A stretch of DNA of 64,000 nt, from assembly GCF_006345805.1 (NCBI RefSeq), contig NC_043006.1, forward strand, positions 28,458,001-28,522,000, written 5' to 3'. Positions 51,901-59,543 of this stretch are shown piece by piece. A model generated the notes under the pieces. That model saw only the letters and a program-made list of their open reading frames with translations. It made no database searches and was not told where the DNA came from. The position numbers were made by a program, and so were the translations under genes. Position 1 is the first letter of the stretch, and each line of letters starts with the position of its first letter. The stretch comes from Octopus sinensis (taxonomy: Eukaryota).

Positions 51901-54900
51901 TGTGTACATATCATCATCATTTTATATCTGCTTTCCTTGCTGACTTGAGACAGTTAGGTCTCCTAATTAGTTTTGGGGTTCAGATTTTACTTGTAAATTT
52001 CCTTTCTGGTTTGGTTTTTATGACCAGATACCCTTTCTGTCATCAACTACTTTACACAATGTGCTGAGTGTATGTTTCCATTGTGCCTTCACTAGAGACA
52101 TTGTCCTGTACTCAACAAGGCTAAAGATTTTTCTCAATGTTGTCTCTGCTCATTCACCAACCACTTTACAATGTGTTTTGAGAGTGGTTTTTGTTAGTTG
52201 AATGTTCTCTCATATTTTAGTTGGAAATCGAGCTAAAATAATTCTATTGCTTCCATGATTAACCTTCTAGAGCAGGGGTTCTTGACCACCTTTGTCTATG
52301 GACCCCTTTGATTCTTATTTTACTTGGGTAGACTTCATAGCCATTCAATGTTTAAAAAATTGTGTTAAATTTTTAGAATTAAATATTATTAGAAATTGTA
52401 ATAAAAAATTGTTAGAATATTTTGTGTATTGTAGAAGTATAACCAGTTTAGTGTGCATAAAAGTTTAGCCAAAAAACTCTTATGTGGAACCCCCAGGACC
52501 ATATGGATCCCTGTTGAGAACCAATAGAGTTGTGTTCTGAATCTATGCTAGTGAGACAGTAAGGATGAATATAAAACTAAATGTATTCTATCAAAGGTGC
52601 CTCAGAAAGAATTGAGGGTTAACTGGCAGGACTGTATCACAAATAAGGAGATTCTGAGAACCACTGCTGAGTATCGATTCTGCCTGGCTGGCCACATTCT
52701 CTATCTAGCTGATCATATGCACTTGAAAACAGGCATGACATAGGCACCACCTGATGGCAGGCTTAAAAGGAGTAGAACAAAGATCACTTGAAGCAGACAT
52801 TTGAAGATGATCTAGAAACAGTTATCACTGCCTGGAATGAATAACAACTGACTGAGCCAAGTGAAAGAAGATTGTTGTTGAATGTGTTGAGTAACACAGG
52901 AGGAGCTAAACCTAAATGTTGTCAACTAATGTTTTCCTATTTAGTTTCATTTCATGTTGTTGTTATTTTTGTCTTTGTTGTTGTGCTCAACCACCTGATC
53001 AGACAGATTTATTATTATAAGTATTCAATTTTTATCTACTCCCATCTTTCTTTCCCATATGAAACCTATGTAGGTTTTTAGTTATAAAATGTGTCATTCC
53101 TTGTTTTCAGACAAGGGTGTGCTAGCAATGGGAATTTAGCTGCTATTTCTACACATTGAACTACCACATAGTTACTCTTTCTTGTTGTCACATACTGTTG
53201 TATATATGTTATACACCATGCTGTAAATACATTGAACCAGCAAGAAAGTATTGTTTTTGTTTGGCCAATGTAACTTTTAGAATTATGAAGTTTACAAACT
53301 TTATCCTTATTTTTGCCAAGTTTTTAAATGTTGGTGAAGTTGTTTTTGTTATAGATTATGATAGATGTAATGTATGTGGTGCATATACATGCATGCACAC
53401 TGACACACACATATGTGCATATATACCACAAATTTGTATGTTTTTACCTTGGTTGCTTGACGAAAAAATTGATAAAGAACTGGAAAAAGCAGAACAGACA
53501 CATCCTGCTCATGCCAGCATGGAAAAACTAACATTAAACAATGCTGATGACATCTATGTGTGTGTGTGTGTGTGTGTGTGTTGTGTGTGTGTCTCCTCCT
53601 ACATATTTACATGTTTCTAGTAATTTCCCAACTAATAAACCACTTATTTTTTCTTATTCTTTAATCTAAAAAAAATGCCATTATTTACTTTAAAGTGATT
53701 GGAATTATGATGGAGTATATGACAACACTAATGATTCAAATGACACTAAAGTGGCCAAGGGCTTTAACTATCATAATGGACCTGTAAGTACCAACTATTC
53801 CTAATATTTACAACTTCTAAGGTGGTAAGTTGGCAGAATTGTTAGCATGCAGGACGAAATGCTAGTGGCATTTTGTCCATCCTTATGTTCTGAGTTCAAA
53901 TTCTGCCGAGGTCGACTTTGCTTTTCATCCCTTCAGGGTCGATAAAATAAATACCAGTTGAGCACTGGGGTTGATCCAGTAGACTTACCCCCTACCCCAA
54001 AATTACTGGCCTTGTGCCAAAATTTGAAACCAATACTTACAACTTCTCAGCTGTCAGTATCATCAGCATCATCATTTAAAATCCATTGTCCCTAGTAAGC
54101 TGAGGGGTTGCACCAGACTCCAATCTGATTTGGAATGGTTTCTATGGCTGGATGCCCTTCCTAATGCTAACCACTCCAAGTGTGTGTAATTTTATTTTTG
54201 ATAACATCAACAATAGAGGTTTTGTAAAAGAAAGATTTAAAAGTCACAAAAGCAAAGCTTACACAAAATAATGATATTTGATTTATGTAGACACAGTTGA
54301 GCCCTAAACCTCTTCTATCCCTGATATCTCCCTAACCTTTTGTTACTATATTTCTATTGTAATATATTGCCTTTGTTTCAATTAATTATGAAAATAATGA
54401 ATTTAGTATTTTAATAAAATAGCTTTTTCCTTATTAAGTTGGTATCAGAACATAAATCAACATGAAATTTTGATAAAAGGTTTTAATTTAGATTACAATA
54501 AGACATGGGTTTGGAAAATAGAACCAGGAGTGGCCTCAGGCAGATTGATTTCTAAAGGGTTGAAATGACTATTCCATGGTGTAATTATAAACAAACATTG
54601 AATGTAACAGTGACTGTGTGTTGTTAAATAGTTTAAAATGAATGTTGCATGGTTTAACTCAATCAAGAGAGATCAAGTCATTTGTTGAATATGTACAAAT
54701 TCAAAATATGTAAATTCATATTTATTCCTTATGTCTCTTCACAGGAATGGGTTTGGCCTGTTGGCTTCTTCTTCCGTGCTAAACTGTATTTCGCCAATAT
54801 CCTTGATAAGACAGAGCCTGGTACATTGAAGAAAGCAATGAACGAAGTGAAAATCTGTCTTACCAAGCACTACCAACATTTGCTCAGTTCTCCATGGAAA

Positions 54901-55713
54901 TCTTTGCCGGAATTGACAAATGAAAACGGTGCAGTAAGTATTTTTTTTAAGCATATACTTTTCTTCTTTTTTTACCATTTATTTTTTTCACTGTGTATTT
55001 GTATTATTTGCTTTGAATAATTGGCATGACATCATTCACCAACACATTCCAACCTCTACAAATGTGCTGTGTCCCCTTTCAGCCTTTTCCAACGTATGTA
55101 CAATGGCTTCTGCTCCTTAGCTGGTTTCATGCCACCTCCACCAACCCAACTCTCTCATCAACTCAGCCCCACCCCTTTCATACCAACTCCAATACTCAAT
55201 ACCCCTTGCCAGTGATGTCATTGCTCTGGGATTCTGTCCTTGCCTATGTTGCCCCTGCAGACAGCTCAATAAGAACCAACCACATCTACCACACTTGTCT
55301 GAAGGTGCTGTAAAGGTCACAGTCCTTTCCTCTTGACCTAACTAGAATCCAAAATTAATGATTTAAGTATAAAAATCGTTGTTTATTTAATGATATTTCC
55401 TGCTAGTTAAAAACGTCATCTTTTTAAAGGCCTTCCACAGATTCAATTATTGATGCTTCCCCCTCACACAGACACACACAAACTAATGTGTTCATTCATT
55501 CATTTGCTAATCTCTAGTTTACCATGTGTATAAATATAAGGTTGATTCTACACACATGTGGTGTGTATATTATGCATCACACACATACGCATTTGAAATA
55601 TTTCATTGACTTTCTTTTCTTTTTTGTAGTACTGCCCTCCCAGTTGTCAGGCACAAGCATGGAGTGTAAGCACAATTCTGGAAACTCTGTATGACATGGA
55701 ATATATGGTTTGA
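121..55713 (+). CDS. AGL: Glycogen debranching enzyme (4-alpha-glucanotransferase / amylo-alpha-1,6-glucosidase), complete 28-coding-exon gene, 1536 aa
   Basis: Manual splicing of 28 GT-AG exons with matching phases gives 4611 nt. It starts [27 protein letters not shown] and ends [19 protein letters not shown]. Transferase motifs: RLDNCHS (D 14911-13), AELF (E 18639-41), THDN (D 20016-18). Glucosidase motifs: WGRDTFI, YNCRDA, NCGTWMD (D 48739-41), LPEL (E 54910-12). Confidence 0.98.
745..947 (-). mobile_element. tRNA-derived SINE, most abundant family in window (core GACTTTGCCTTTCATCCTTTCGGGGTCGATAA, Meta-domain-like)
   Basis: Recurrent ~210-bp consensus. Other copies approx 15234-15430(+), 16225-16446(-), 21313-21785(+, two), 24320-24530(+), 26000-26115(-), 31555-31768(+), 41240-41682(+, two), 46120-46340(+), 47975-48290(-, two), 53820-54035(+). 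Confidence 0.85.
1090..1312 (+). CDS. AGL: AGL coding exon 2
   Basis: CAG acceptor; [11 protein letters not shown]...GSFNYYFT; AG|GTGAGT. Confidence 0.95.
1542..3033 (-). mobile_element. Tc1-family DNA transposon, decayed, with internal inverted duplication
   Basis: TIRs CAGGGGTTGGACAAAATAATGGAAACACC / GGTGTTTCCATTATTTTATCTGACCCCTG, TA on both sides. Minus-strand remnants [38 protein letters not shown] (DD34E-type). Confidence 0.95.
3121..3347 (+). mobile_element. tRNA-derived SINE with chimeric 3' end and poly(A)
   Basis: A-box TGGCCTAGTGG and B-box GTTTCGATTCT. The 5' part matches the copy at 43937-44237; the 3' part matches the tail of the 6042-6454 family. Confidence 0.8.
3792..4347 (+). 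CDS. AGL: AGL coding exon 3
   Basis: GYFLVDP...[11 protein letters not shown]...DLVFNHT...HLKPA; AAT|GTGAGA. Confidence 0.97.
4535..4576 (-). ncRNA. Minimal type-I hammerhead ribozyme motif (solo, intact core)
   Basis: Minus strand: CUUCA CUGAUGA AGUA agaauaa UGCU GAAA CAUG UC^UGGAG; stems I and II pair and stem III is the palindrome ACAUGU. Confidence 0.7.
5716..5824 (+). CDS. AGL: AGL coding exon 4
   Basis: [20 protein letters not shown]; G|GTAAGT. Confidence 0.95.
6042..6454 (+). mobile_element. Full-length tRNA-derived SINE with internal (TA/TG)n and A-rich tail
   Basis: Head GGAGTGGCTGTGTGGTAAG...GGTTCAGTCCC; tail GGCGGTGCTCCAGCATGGCCGCAG. Minus copy at 20311-20750; fragments at 6520-6650, 21130-21270, 22880-23030, 35830-36340, 40970-41100, 45060-45195. 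Confidence 0.85.
7190..7307 (+). CDS. AGL: AGL coding exon 5
   Basis: [21 protein letters not shown]; phases 1/2 fit neighbours. Confidence 0.9.
7702..8040 (+). mobile_element. Penelope-like element reverse-transcriptase fragment
   Basis: [14 protein letters not shown]...[21 protein letters not shown]...L*YVDDTF...VNSIKPS. Confidence 0.85.
8278..9226 (+). mobile_element. RTE-clade LINE, 5'-truncated (ORF C-terminus, 3' UTR, (GAT)n tail)
   Basis: MLRWMC...[13 protein letters not shown]...[14 protein letters not shown]...DRDLW; ends CCAACCCATGCTAGCATGG...GTTAAACGATGATGAT. Confidence 0.92.
9240..9499. mobile_element. Fold-back repeat carrying a hammerhead motif (family B)
   Basis: 75-bp imperfect inverted arms 9240-9314 / 9359-9433; HHR on minus strand at 9279-9339; inserted in (AT)n. 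Confidence 0.65.
9852..10064 (+). CDS. AGL: AGL coding exon 6
   Basis: [13 protein letters not shown]...[13 protein letters not shown]; GA|GTAAGT. Confidence 0.95.
11130..13625 (+). mobile_element. Old mariner element, split by a younger mariner insertion
   Basis: Transposase remnants [12 protein letters not shown]...VQKWVTEF and FHQDNAPAH...[11 protein letters not shown]; colinear with the copy at 39632-40860. Confidence 0.85.
11681..12972 (-). mobile_element. Mariner transposon, full length, frameshifted near C-terminus
   Basis: TIR CGAGGGGCATTCAATAAGTAATGCCCCTGACCCACTT at both ends with TA TSD. ORF 12805-11924 has HTH, WIPRLL, TQDETW and LQDNAPVH; the YSPDLAPSD region is out of frame. 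Confidence 0.96.
14018..14157 (+). CDS. AGL: AGL coding exon 7
   Basis: YFVVP...[18 protein letters not shown]; G|GTAAGT. Confidence 0.96.
14759..14946 (+). CDS. AGL: AGL coding exon 8 (transferase nucleophile)
   Basis: [18 protein letters not shown]...[14 protein letters not shown]. Confidence 0.98.
15431..15923. mobile_element. Hammerhead-bearing tRNA-SINE composite (family A), head-to-head inverted pair, 11-bp TSD
   Basis: TSD CTTCTGGGCTT at 15420-30 and 15924-34. Pol III A-box 15667-77 and B-box 15712-21. HHR cores at 15520-15565(-) and 15829-15875(+). Confidence 0.8.
16509..17038. mobile_element. pogo/Tigger-type MITE
   Basis: TA-CCGTAAATCC...GGATTTACAG-TA termini, no ORF. Confidence 0.7.
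17760..18125 (-). mobile_element. Short element sharing the RTE 3' tail, with 60-bp tandem repeat
   Basis: Reverse complement of the 9030-9226 tail. Further tail copies approx 7375-7610, 9510-9610, 10790-10915, 28140-28350, 29950-30190, 30770-30950, 34420-34640, 35345-35590, 45850-45970, 49460-49605, 54060-54180. Confidence 0.85.
18588..18711 (+). CDS. AGL: AGL coding exon 9
   Basis: [21 protein letters not shown]...LGINSLIR. Confidence 0.98.
18852..19451 (-). mobile_element. RTE/BovB-like LINE 3' fragment
   Basis: [13 protein letters not shown]...[25 protein letters not shown]...C-terminal CxxC..H finger. Confidence 0.92.
19873..20036 (+). CDS. AGL: AGL coding exon 10
   Basis: [17 protein letters not shown]...[12 protein letters not shown]. 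Confidence 0.98.
20840..21082. mobile_element. Tigger-like MITE
   Basis: TIR CAGTGGAACCTCAGTTTA / TAAACTGAGGTTCCATTG, TA on the left. Confidence 0.75.
23265..23478. mobile_element. TTAA-flanked (piggyBac-like) MITE family
   Basis: TTAACCATTTTGATAAC...GGTAACAAAAGAGTTAA; related copies approx 10160-10385, 27520-27720, 54330-54560. Confidence 0.55.
23519..23620 (+). CDS. AGL: AGL coding exon 11
   Basis: KRSVYDVLP...[20 protein letters not shown]. Confidence 0.98.
23650..24260 (+). mobile_element. L1/Tx1-like LINE 3' fragment
   Basis: Degenerate CCHC region (ET..H.LIQCP...LW) and [12 protein letters not shown]...FIERW C-terminus. Confidence 0.65.
25023..25172 (+). CDS. AGL: AGL coding exon 12
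   Basis: [10 protein letters not shown]...SGII...GYSQ|GTAAGT. Confidence 0.96.
25258..25960 (+). mobile_element. Non-autonomous Helitron(s), two 5' ends and one 3' end
   Basis: A^TCTCTATATATATAAA at 25258 and a similar start at ~25659; 3' hairpin GACCC..GCCGGGTC followed by CTAA(T). Confidence 0.65.
26934..27502. mobile_element. Mariner-derived MITE interrupted by a SINE
   Basis: TIR CGAGGGAGTGCTGAAAAGTTC / GAACTTTTCAGCACCCCCTCA, TA TSD. Confidence 0.85.
27008..27336 (-). mobile_element. tRNA-derived CORE-like SINE with 13-bp TSD
   Basis: TSD ATGATTTTATTCA at 26995-27007 and 27337-49; second copy at 33055-33397; fragments at 6790-6960 and 24655-24770. Confidence 0.85.
27888..28041 (+). CDS. 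AGL: AGL coding exon 13
   Basis: [32 protein letters not shown]. Confidence 0.97.
28573..28785. repeat. Imperfect ~70-bp direct repeat, period 137 bp
   Basis: TGTCTCAAG.TACAAG.ATGG...CAGGCTTCCCTTC.CAGCTCGAGCCAT at 28573 and 28710. Confidence 0.7.
28884..29273 (-). mobile_element. Non-autonomous Helitron
   Basis: Minus strand: 5' TCTCTCTATATATAAA; 3' GC-rich CCCGAGCAACGCCTGG then CTAG; inserted between A and T. Confidence 0.85.
31147..31369 (+). CDS. AGL: AGL coding exon 14
   Basis: VVDEIIFE...YINGLP...[10 protein letters not shown]. Confidence 0.95.
32643..32908 (+). CDS. AGL: AGL coding exon 15
   Basis: [12 protein letters not shown]...[16 protein letters not shown]. Confidence 0.96.
34740..34873 (+). 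CDS. AGL: AGL coding exon 16
   Basis: [21 protein letters not shown]. Confidence 0.97.
35012..35145 (+). CDS. AGL: AGL coding exon 17
   Basis: LGEWF...[12 protein letters not shown]. Confidence 0.97.
35943..36186. mobile_element. Second family-A hammerhead composite (inverted pair)
   Basis: Minus arm with HHR at 35990-36032; plus arm 36103-36186; approximate [18 protein letters not shown] on both sides; inserted in another SINE. Confidence 0.78.
37855..39560 (+). mobile_element. hAT-family transposase remnant (DUF4371 / ZMYM1-like plus dimerisation domain), pseudogenised
   Basis: ETSDVS..QLSTVL...QTYDG..MAG...[13 protein letters not shown]; [19 protein letters not shown]; many stops and frameshifts. 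Confidence 0.88.
39632..40860 (+). mobile_element. Degenerate mariner transposon
   Basis: TIR-like GGGCTGAAAAGTTCATAGG / CAGCCTATAAACTTTTCA; [16 protein letters not shown] motif. Confidence 0.88.
42128..42309 (+). CDS. AGL: AGL coding exon 18
   Basis: [14 protein letters not shown]...CLSLCAG. Confidence 0.96.
42422..42524 (+). CDS. AGL: AGL coding exon 19
   Basis: [22 protein letters not shown]. Confidence 0.98.
42616..42841 (+). CDS. AGL: AGL coding exon 20
   Basis: [10 protein letters not shown]...[19 protein letters not shown]. Confidence 0.98.
42929..43145. repeat. Minisatellite, ~5 units of 41-46 bp
   Basis: Units begin AGTT(G/A)A(T/C)TT(G/A)AT..TGG..TTAA. Confidence 0.75.
43937..44237 (+). 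mobile_element. tRNA-derived SINE (same head as 3121 copy, native 3' end)
   Basis: GGAGGCACAATGTCCCAGTGGTTAGGG...TTTATTGAGCGAAAACACCTAAAGCTCC. Confidence 0.8.
45359..45768 (-). mobile_element. Probable solo LTR
   Basis: TG...CA termini; minus-strand TATAAAA (~45620) upstream of AATAAA (~45418); TSD not clean. Confidence 0.5.
46639..46750 (+). CDS. AGL: AGL coding exon 21
   Basis: [25 protein letters not shown]. Confidence 0.97.
46895..47740 (+). mobile_element. pogo-family transposase 3' fragment with right TIR
   Basis: [11 protein letters not shown]...[21 protein letters not shown], acidic tail; ends GGCTTATACACCGGAAAATACAG-TA. Confidence 0.9.
48295..48570. repeat. GTG/GCA/GTA low-complexity tract with ~113-bp tandem duplication
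   Basis: Identical block GCAGCAGCTGCAGTGG...GCAGTAATAGTAGCAGCAG at 48321 and 48434. Confidence 0.85.
48659..48794 (+). CDS. AGL: AGL coding exon 22 (glucosidase catalytic Asp)
   Basis: [20 protein letters not shown]...PATPR. Confidence 0.98.
49025..49134 (+). CDS. AGL: AGL coding exon 23
   Basis: [10 protein letters not shown]...WL; G|GTAAGT. Confidence 0.96.
49929..50427 (-). mobile_element. Probable solo LTR
   Basis: TGTCAC...GTGACA terminal inverted hexamers; near-TSD CTGTG/CTGTC; minus-strand AATAAA near the left end. Confidence 0.6.
50560..50762 (+). CDS. AGL: AGL coding exon 24
   Basis: [30 protein letters not shown]. Confidence 0.98.
51508..51605 (+). CDS. AGL: AGL coding exon 25
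   Basis: [11 protein letters not shown]...[11 protein letters not shown]. Confidence 0.97.
52273..52526. mobile_element. hAT/Charlie-type MITE
   Basis: CAGGGGTTCTTGAC...GTTGAGAACCA termini. Confidence 0.6.
53696..53783 (+). CDS. AGL: AGL coding exon 26
   Basis: [10 protein letters not shown]...[10 protein letters not shown]. Confidence 0.97.
54745..54933 (+). CDS. AGL: AGL coding exon 27
   Basis: [16 protein letters not shown]...[15 protein letters not shown]. Confidence 0.98.
55630..55713 (+). CDS. AGL: AGL terminal coding exon 28
   Basis: [30 protein letters not shown] at 55711-13. Confidence 0.97.
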   Translation, partial: YCPPSCQAQAWSVSTILETLYDMEYMV

Positions 55714-56033
55714 ATTTGCCCACATTTCTCGTCAGCACCCATTCCATAACCCGTTTTCACTTGGTATTTTACCAAATCCTTTCCTCCCCTTCTTGCAATA
55801 ATGTGTGAAAGAAAACAGAGTTTATACCATGCTTCACCATCTTGTATAAGATACAGCCACTTAAAGTCATCTTTCTTCTTGGTTGCTGTCGGAATAGATA
55901 AACAGCATCCTTAAATTTATGTAGCAACCAGTTTAATGTTATGTTTTCTTTATTTAATTACATTGCTAATTGCAAAGTATTTTGTTAATATTCTTCTGCT
56001 TCAAACTCATATTTCATATTAAATTATTTTTGA

Positions 56034-56050
56034 AATAAATAAATAAATAA
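56034..56050 (+). terminator. Candidate AGL polyadenylation signal cluster (overlapping AATAAA)
   Basis: AAATAAATAAATAAATAAA about 320 nt after the stop, followed by GT/T-rich sequence; usage not verifiable. Confidence 0.5.
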
Positions 56051-57783
56051 ATTTGGGTGCTTTATAAGTTAGCAATGTAGCTAAAAATTAAGTTTGCAGC
56101 AGTAGATTGGTTACTGCATAAATTTAGGGTTGTTGCTTACCCTCTCCTAATGCAAAACACACACGTACAGAAATATAGGACTTGTTCTGTGTGATGTGAG
56201 GAAGTCTTTTATTTGCAGTTACCTAAAGGCAAATTTGAACTCTAACCCGGTTTGATTATATATGTGTGTATGTGTTTGTTTGTGTAAATGTATATGTATA
56301 TATTATGTGTGTATATGTATGCACACTTACCTGTTTTATCTGCCAAGGCATACCTAGATATAGTTATTAATTTTACTTCTATAACAAATCATGAATTGTA
56401 TTCTAAGCCGCTTAGTGCTTTAGCTCTCTCTCTTCTCTCTCAAGGTTATGTAAACTTCTGTTGTGATTGTTAAGACACTGTTAATATTTCTCTCAGTTTA
56501 CATTGCTAGTTTAGATATAATATAATAATAAGCATATTGTATACAGTGCTCAGGTGCACTACAGCATAGTTGTCGAATAGAATACAAATATCACACCAAT
56601 GATAGAAATAGTACAAGTATGAAATTTAACAGTACAATTGTGATATATATATATATATACACCATCATTCTAGAAGACATAGAAATGAACCTCAGTAATT
56701 GATCCATTTTTATTGTTATCTGTTAACACGTAGTCATGTACAGTCTCCTTAGTGGTTCTCGCATCATTATTTCAGCAACAATAGTGAATTTGTGTTTCAT
56801 TAAGGAAGTCTAATTAGACTGGAACATGCCTGGAGTTGTTTCCCTTGCTGAAATTATAAAAGTAATTTTACTCATTGAGTCAATCTTATCTTTACAGCAT
56901 AAGTAATTTTGTAATAAAGTTGTTTTTTTTTATGCTCCCTGCATTAAATACACTATCTTAACAATAATTCTACAGATTAGTGCATTGGTTCTGTGATATA
57001 TATATATATATATTTGTAAAATGAATAAGAATGATTTTTCTGGTAATTTTTCTACTTTAATGATTAGATGTTTACTACACTTTGTAAACATCTGATCATT
57101 AAAGTAGAAAAATAATCAGAAAAGTCATACTTATTTATTTTTTAAAATAAATAATGCACCAAGGAATTTCTGTTATATATATATATGTATCTTTATTGTT
57201 GTTATTAATCAACTATGTTTAAGTAATTGCACCCTCTACTACTTATAAAGATTGACATAAATATAATGGTATAGCATTTTTTATCAATGGCTATTAGCAT
57301 TGTATGGCAATGAAGTTTATTGTCTTCTGTAATGGCTTAGCATTCTTTAACAAGACATGATCACCAGATAGTATATTGCCTTCTATATAAGTTACATAGT
57401 AAGTTTAGTCATAGTTAACCACACACATGTATACACATGGTTATATTTACATGTAAACATCTGTGCAGCCTCACCAACACATTACTCACCTTTAGTTATT
57501 GTATTGTTCATTATTTAATGGTCTAGGCAAAAGTCTGTGTATTTTGTCAAATGAGTTCAGAAGTGACAAACAGCCCCAAACCAGTCATGTCTGACCAACT
57601 TAGTCTGACATTAACAGACAAGCTGCTCTCCCATGTTCTTCTCTGAGAGACTGAGCTTTTAGTGAAGAGTTCGCTTGTCACCATGGAAACCAACCATTTC
57701 CATGCTATGTATCCATTTCTTTGCAATTGCTACAAGCCTGTAAACAACGTTTTCGATTCTAGAATGGTGGGGAAATTCCCCAC

Positions 57784-57793
57784 ATGCTTCGTT
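57784..57793 (+). CDS. Tentative first coding exon of downstream small secreted protein
   Basis: ATG CTT CGT T|GTAAGC strong donor; in frame only if the acceptor at 58193-94 is used. Confidence 0.25.
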
Positions 57794-58194
57794 GTAAGCT
57801 TGGCTTGTGGTCAGTGCTGCTTACCAATACTAGTTCTCAGCAAAGATTCTTGTTTTAGAAGTAAAATGAGTTGCAATTTTAAACCAAATCCCCTACACAT
57901 AATCCTTGTCCCTCTGTCTAAAATAGGGATCTGTACACACTTCAGTCCCGTAGATAATATGTTTACAGTCCTTTAGGGAATAATCTCTTGTTAAATCTTT
58001 TTTACTTTGCTTTCGAACTTTAATTCCTTAAACAGGAACAAAAACTATGTAGTAAAAATCCAATACATAAAGTCAAGTAGAATAATTTGGACTGTAAAAA
58101 TAGAGAAAATTCCAACTCATTTTGCCCTTGGGGAAGGGCCATAGTTTCTTTACTTCTGAACTTCTTTGTTTTCCAACCTTAACAGAAATATTAG

Positions 58195-58256
58195 TTGAAG
58201 CCTTGTTATTGTTGGCTTTCTTGTCACTGTCAGTTGCTGGACCTCATCTACAACTG
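58195..58256 (+). CDS. Tentative signal-peptide exon of downstream gene
   Basis: EALLLLAFLSLSVAGPHLQL; pyrimidine tract upstream, CTG|GTAAGA donor in phase 0. Confidence 0.45.
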
Positions 58257-59291
58257 GTAAGACAGAATAAAGTGGAAGAAGGCAATTAAATTAGACTTGT
58301 TAATCTCATACCAGTATAATGTTACAGTTAATATATGAAGCAGTGATACATATTATTTATACATGCGCGTGCACACACACACACACACACACACACATGC
58401 ACACACATGCATACGCACGCACACACACATACACACACATGCATATGCACACACACACAAGTTTTGAAGCAGGCATAAATAATTTGTTTACACAAATACT
58501 ATTGTACTCTCACTCTATGTGGTGACACTGGAGTCTCTAACTAAATGTAACTGAGTGGAAGAATAAAAGACATCAGTGTTCAGTGTGTAAGCCATGAAGC
58601 TTGTTAAATGATTGACAATCCATAGTTTGGTGTCTTAGAAAAGAAATTACATCAACAAAATATGTTTTAAATATTGAGCTTCAGGCATGGCTGTGGTACC
58701 CTTTTCTTATTTTACTTTTATATTCTTTTTGGTGTTATTGTTGTTGTTGATGGTGTTGAAGACATGCCTTAAACTCTGTTTCTTCTTTATTTTGATAGAA
58801 TTATCTTACAGTATTGTTACTTTTCTTTTTTAATCACACCCTTTACACTGAAATTGTCTCCCCCTCCTCCTATTTCCCATTTCCCATTTATATTTAATTA
58901 AAGGATTTTTATTAATTAATCAATTTTTTTTTTTACTGCTGTATTTTCCATTTGTACTCTGACTGCTTCTAGAAGAGAATCCATTGATGTATATAGAAGT
59001 AATTTTGGCAAGCCAAAGACTGTGATAGGATTCTATAAATAAATGAGTTATCTTAAAACTTACAATTCACGTGTTTTGCCTTGTTTTTGGTTTGTTTTCT
59101 TTCTCTCTCTTGCCCTTTTCCTTACTTTTGCAAAAAATTTTCTGCTGATTTTATTATCTTTGAAAAAAATAATAAAGGGAAATACCATTTTTTGGAAATG
59201 TTTCTTTTCTTCCTCTATTTAATAGAAATTTGTCTTTGAGAAGTCTAGTAAATAATGTGAGGCTATGCATACATCTTTTTGACAATTGCAG

Positions 59292-59543
59292 TTGAGTAAG
59301 TTGACTGAGTGTTGGACTGCAAATTATGGAACTTGTGGTTCATATTCCTTCTCCAGTAATTCAGTGTGTCCTTACTTATCCCCACTTAGACAAGGATGTT
59401 CTGTTGGAATAAACTATACTGCAGTAGATACCATGAGAGAAACTTTCATATTGGATTTTGGTGCAAAATGCACTCTTGTTTACATTGCTAGCAGGAAAAT
59501 AAATCCCCGCAAACTCCAATGCCAAGACCACCAGATCATATGA
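59292..59543 (+). CDS. Tentative terminal exon, 83 aa with 6 Cys
   Basis: TGCAG| acceptor in phase 0; LSKLTECWTANYGTCG...LQCQDHQII*; AATAAA at 60075 and 60143. Confidence 0.45.
   Translation: MSKLTECWTANYGTCGSYSFSSNSVCPYLSPLRQGCSVGINYTAVDTMRETFILDFGAKCTLVYIASRKINPRKLQCQDHQII

Noticed and set aside
53770-53783. YHNGP instead of YHQGP, and MACNGW instead of MAHNGW (~14105)
   Set aside because: YHNG occurs naturally in related glucosidase domains and all catalytic residues are intact. These single substitutions give no evidence of altered function.
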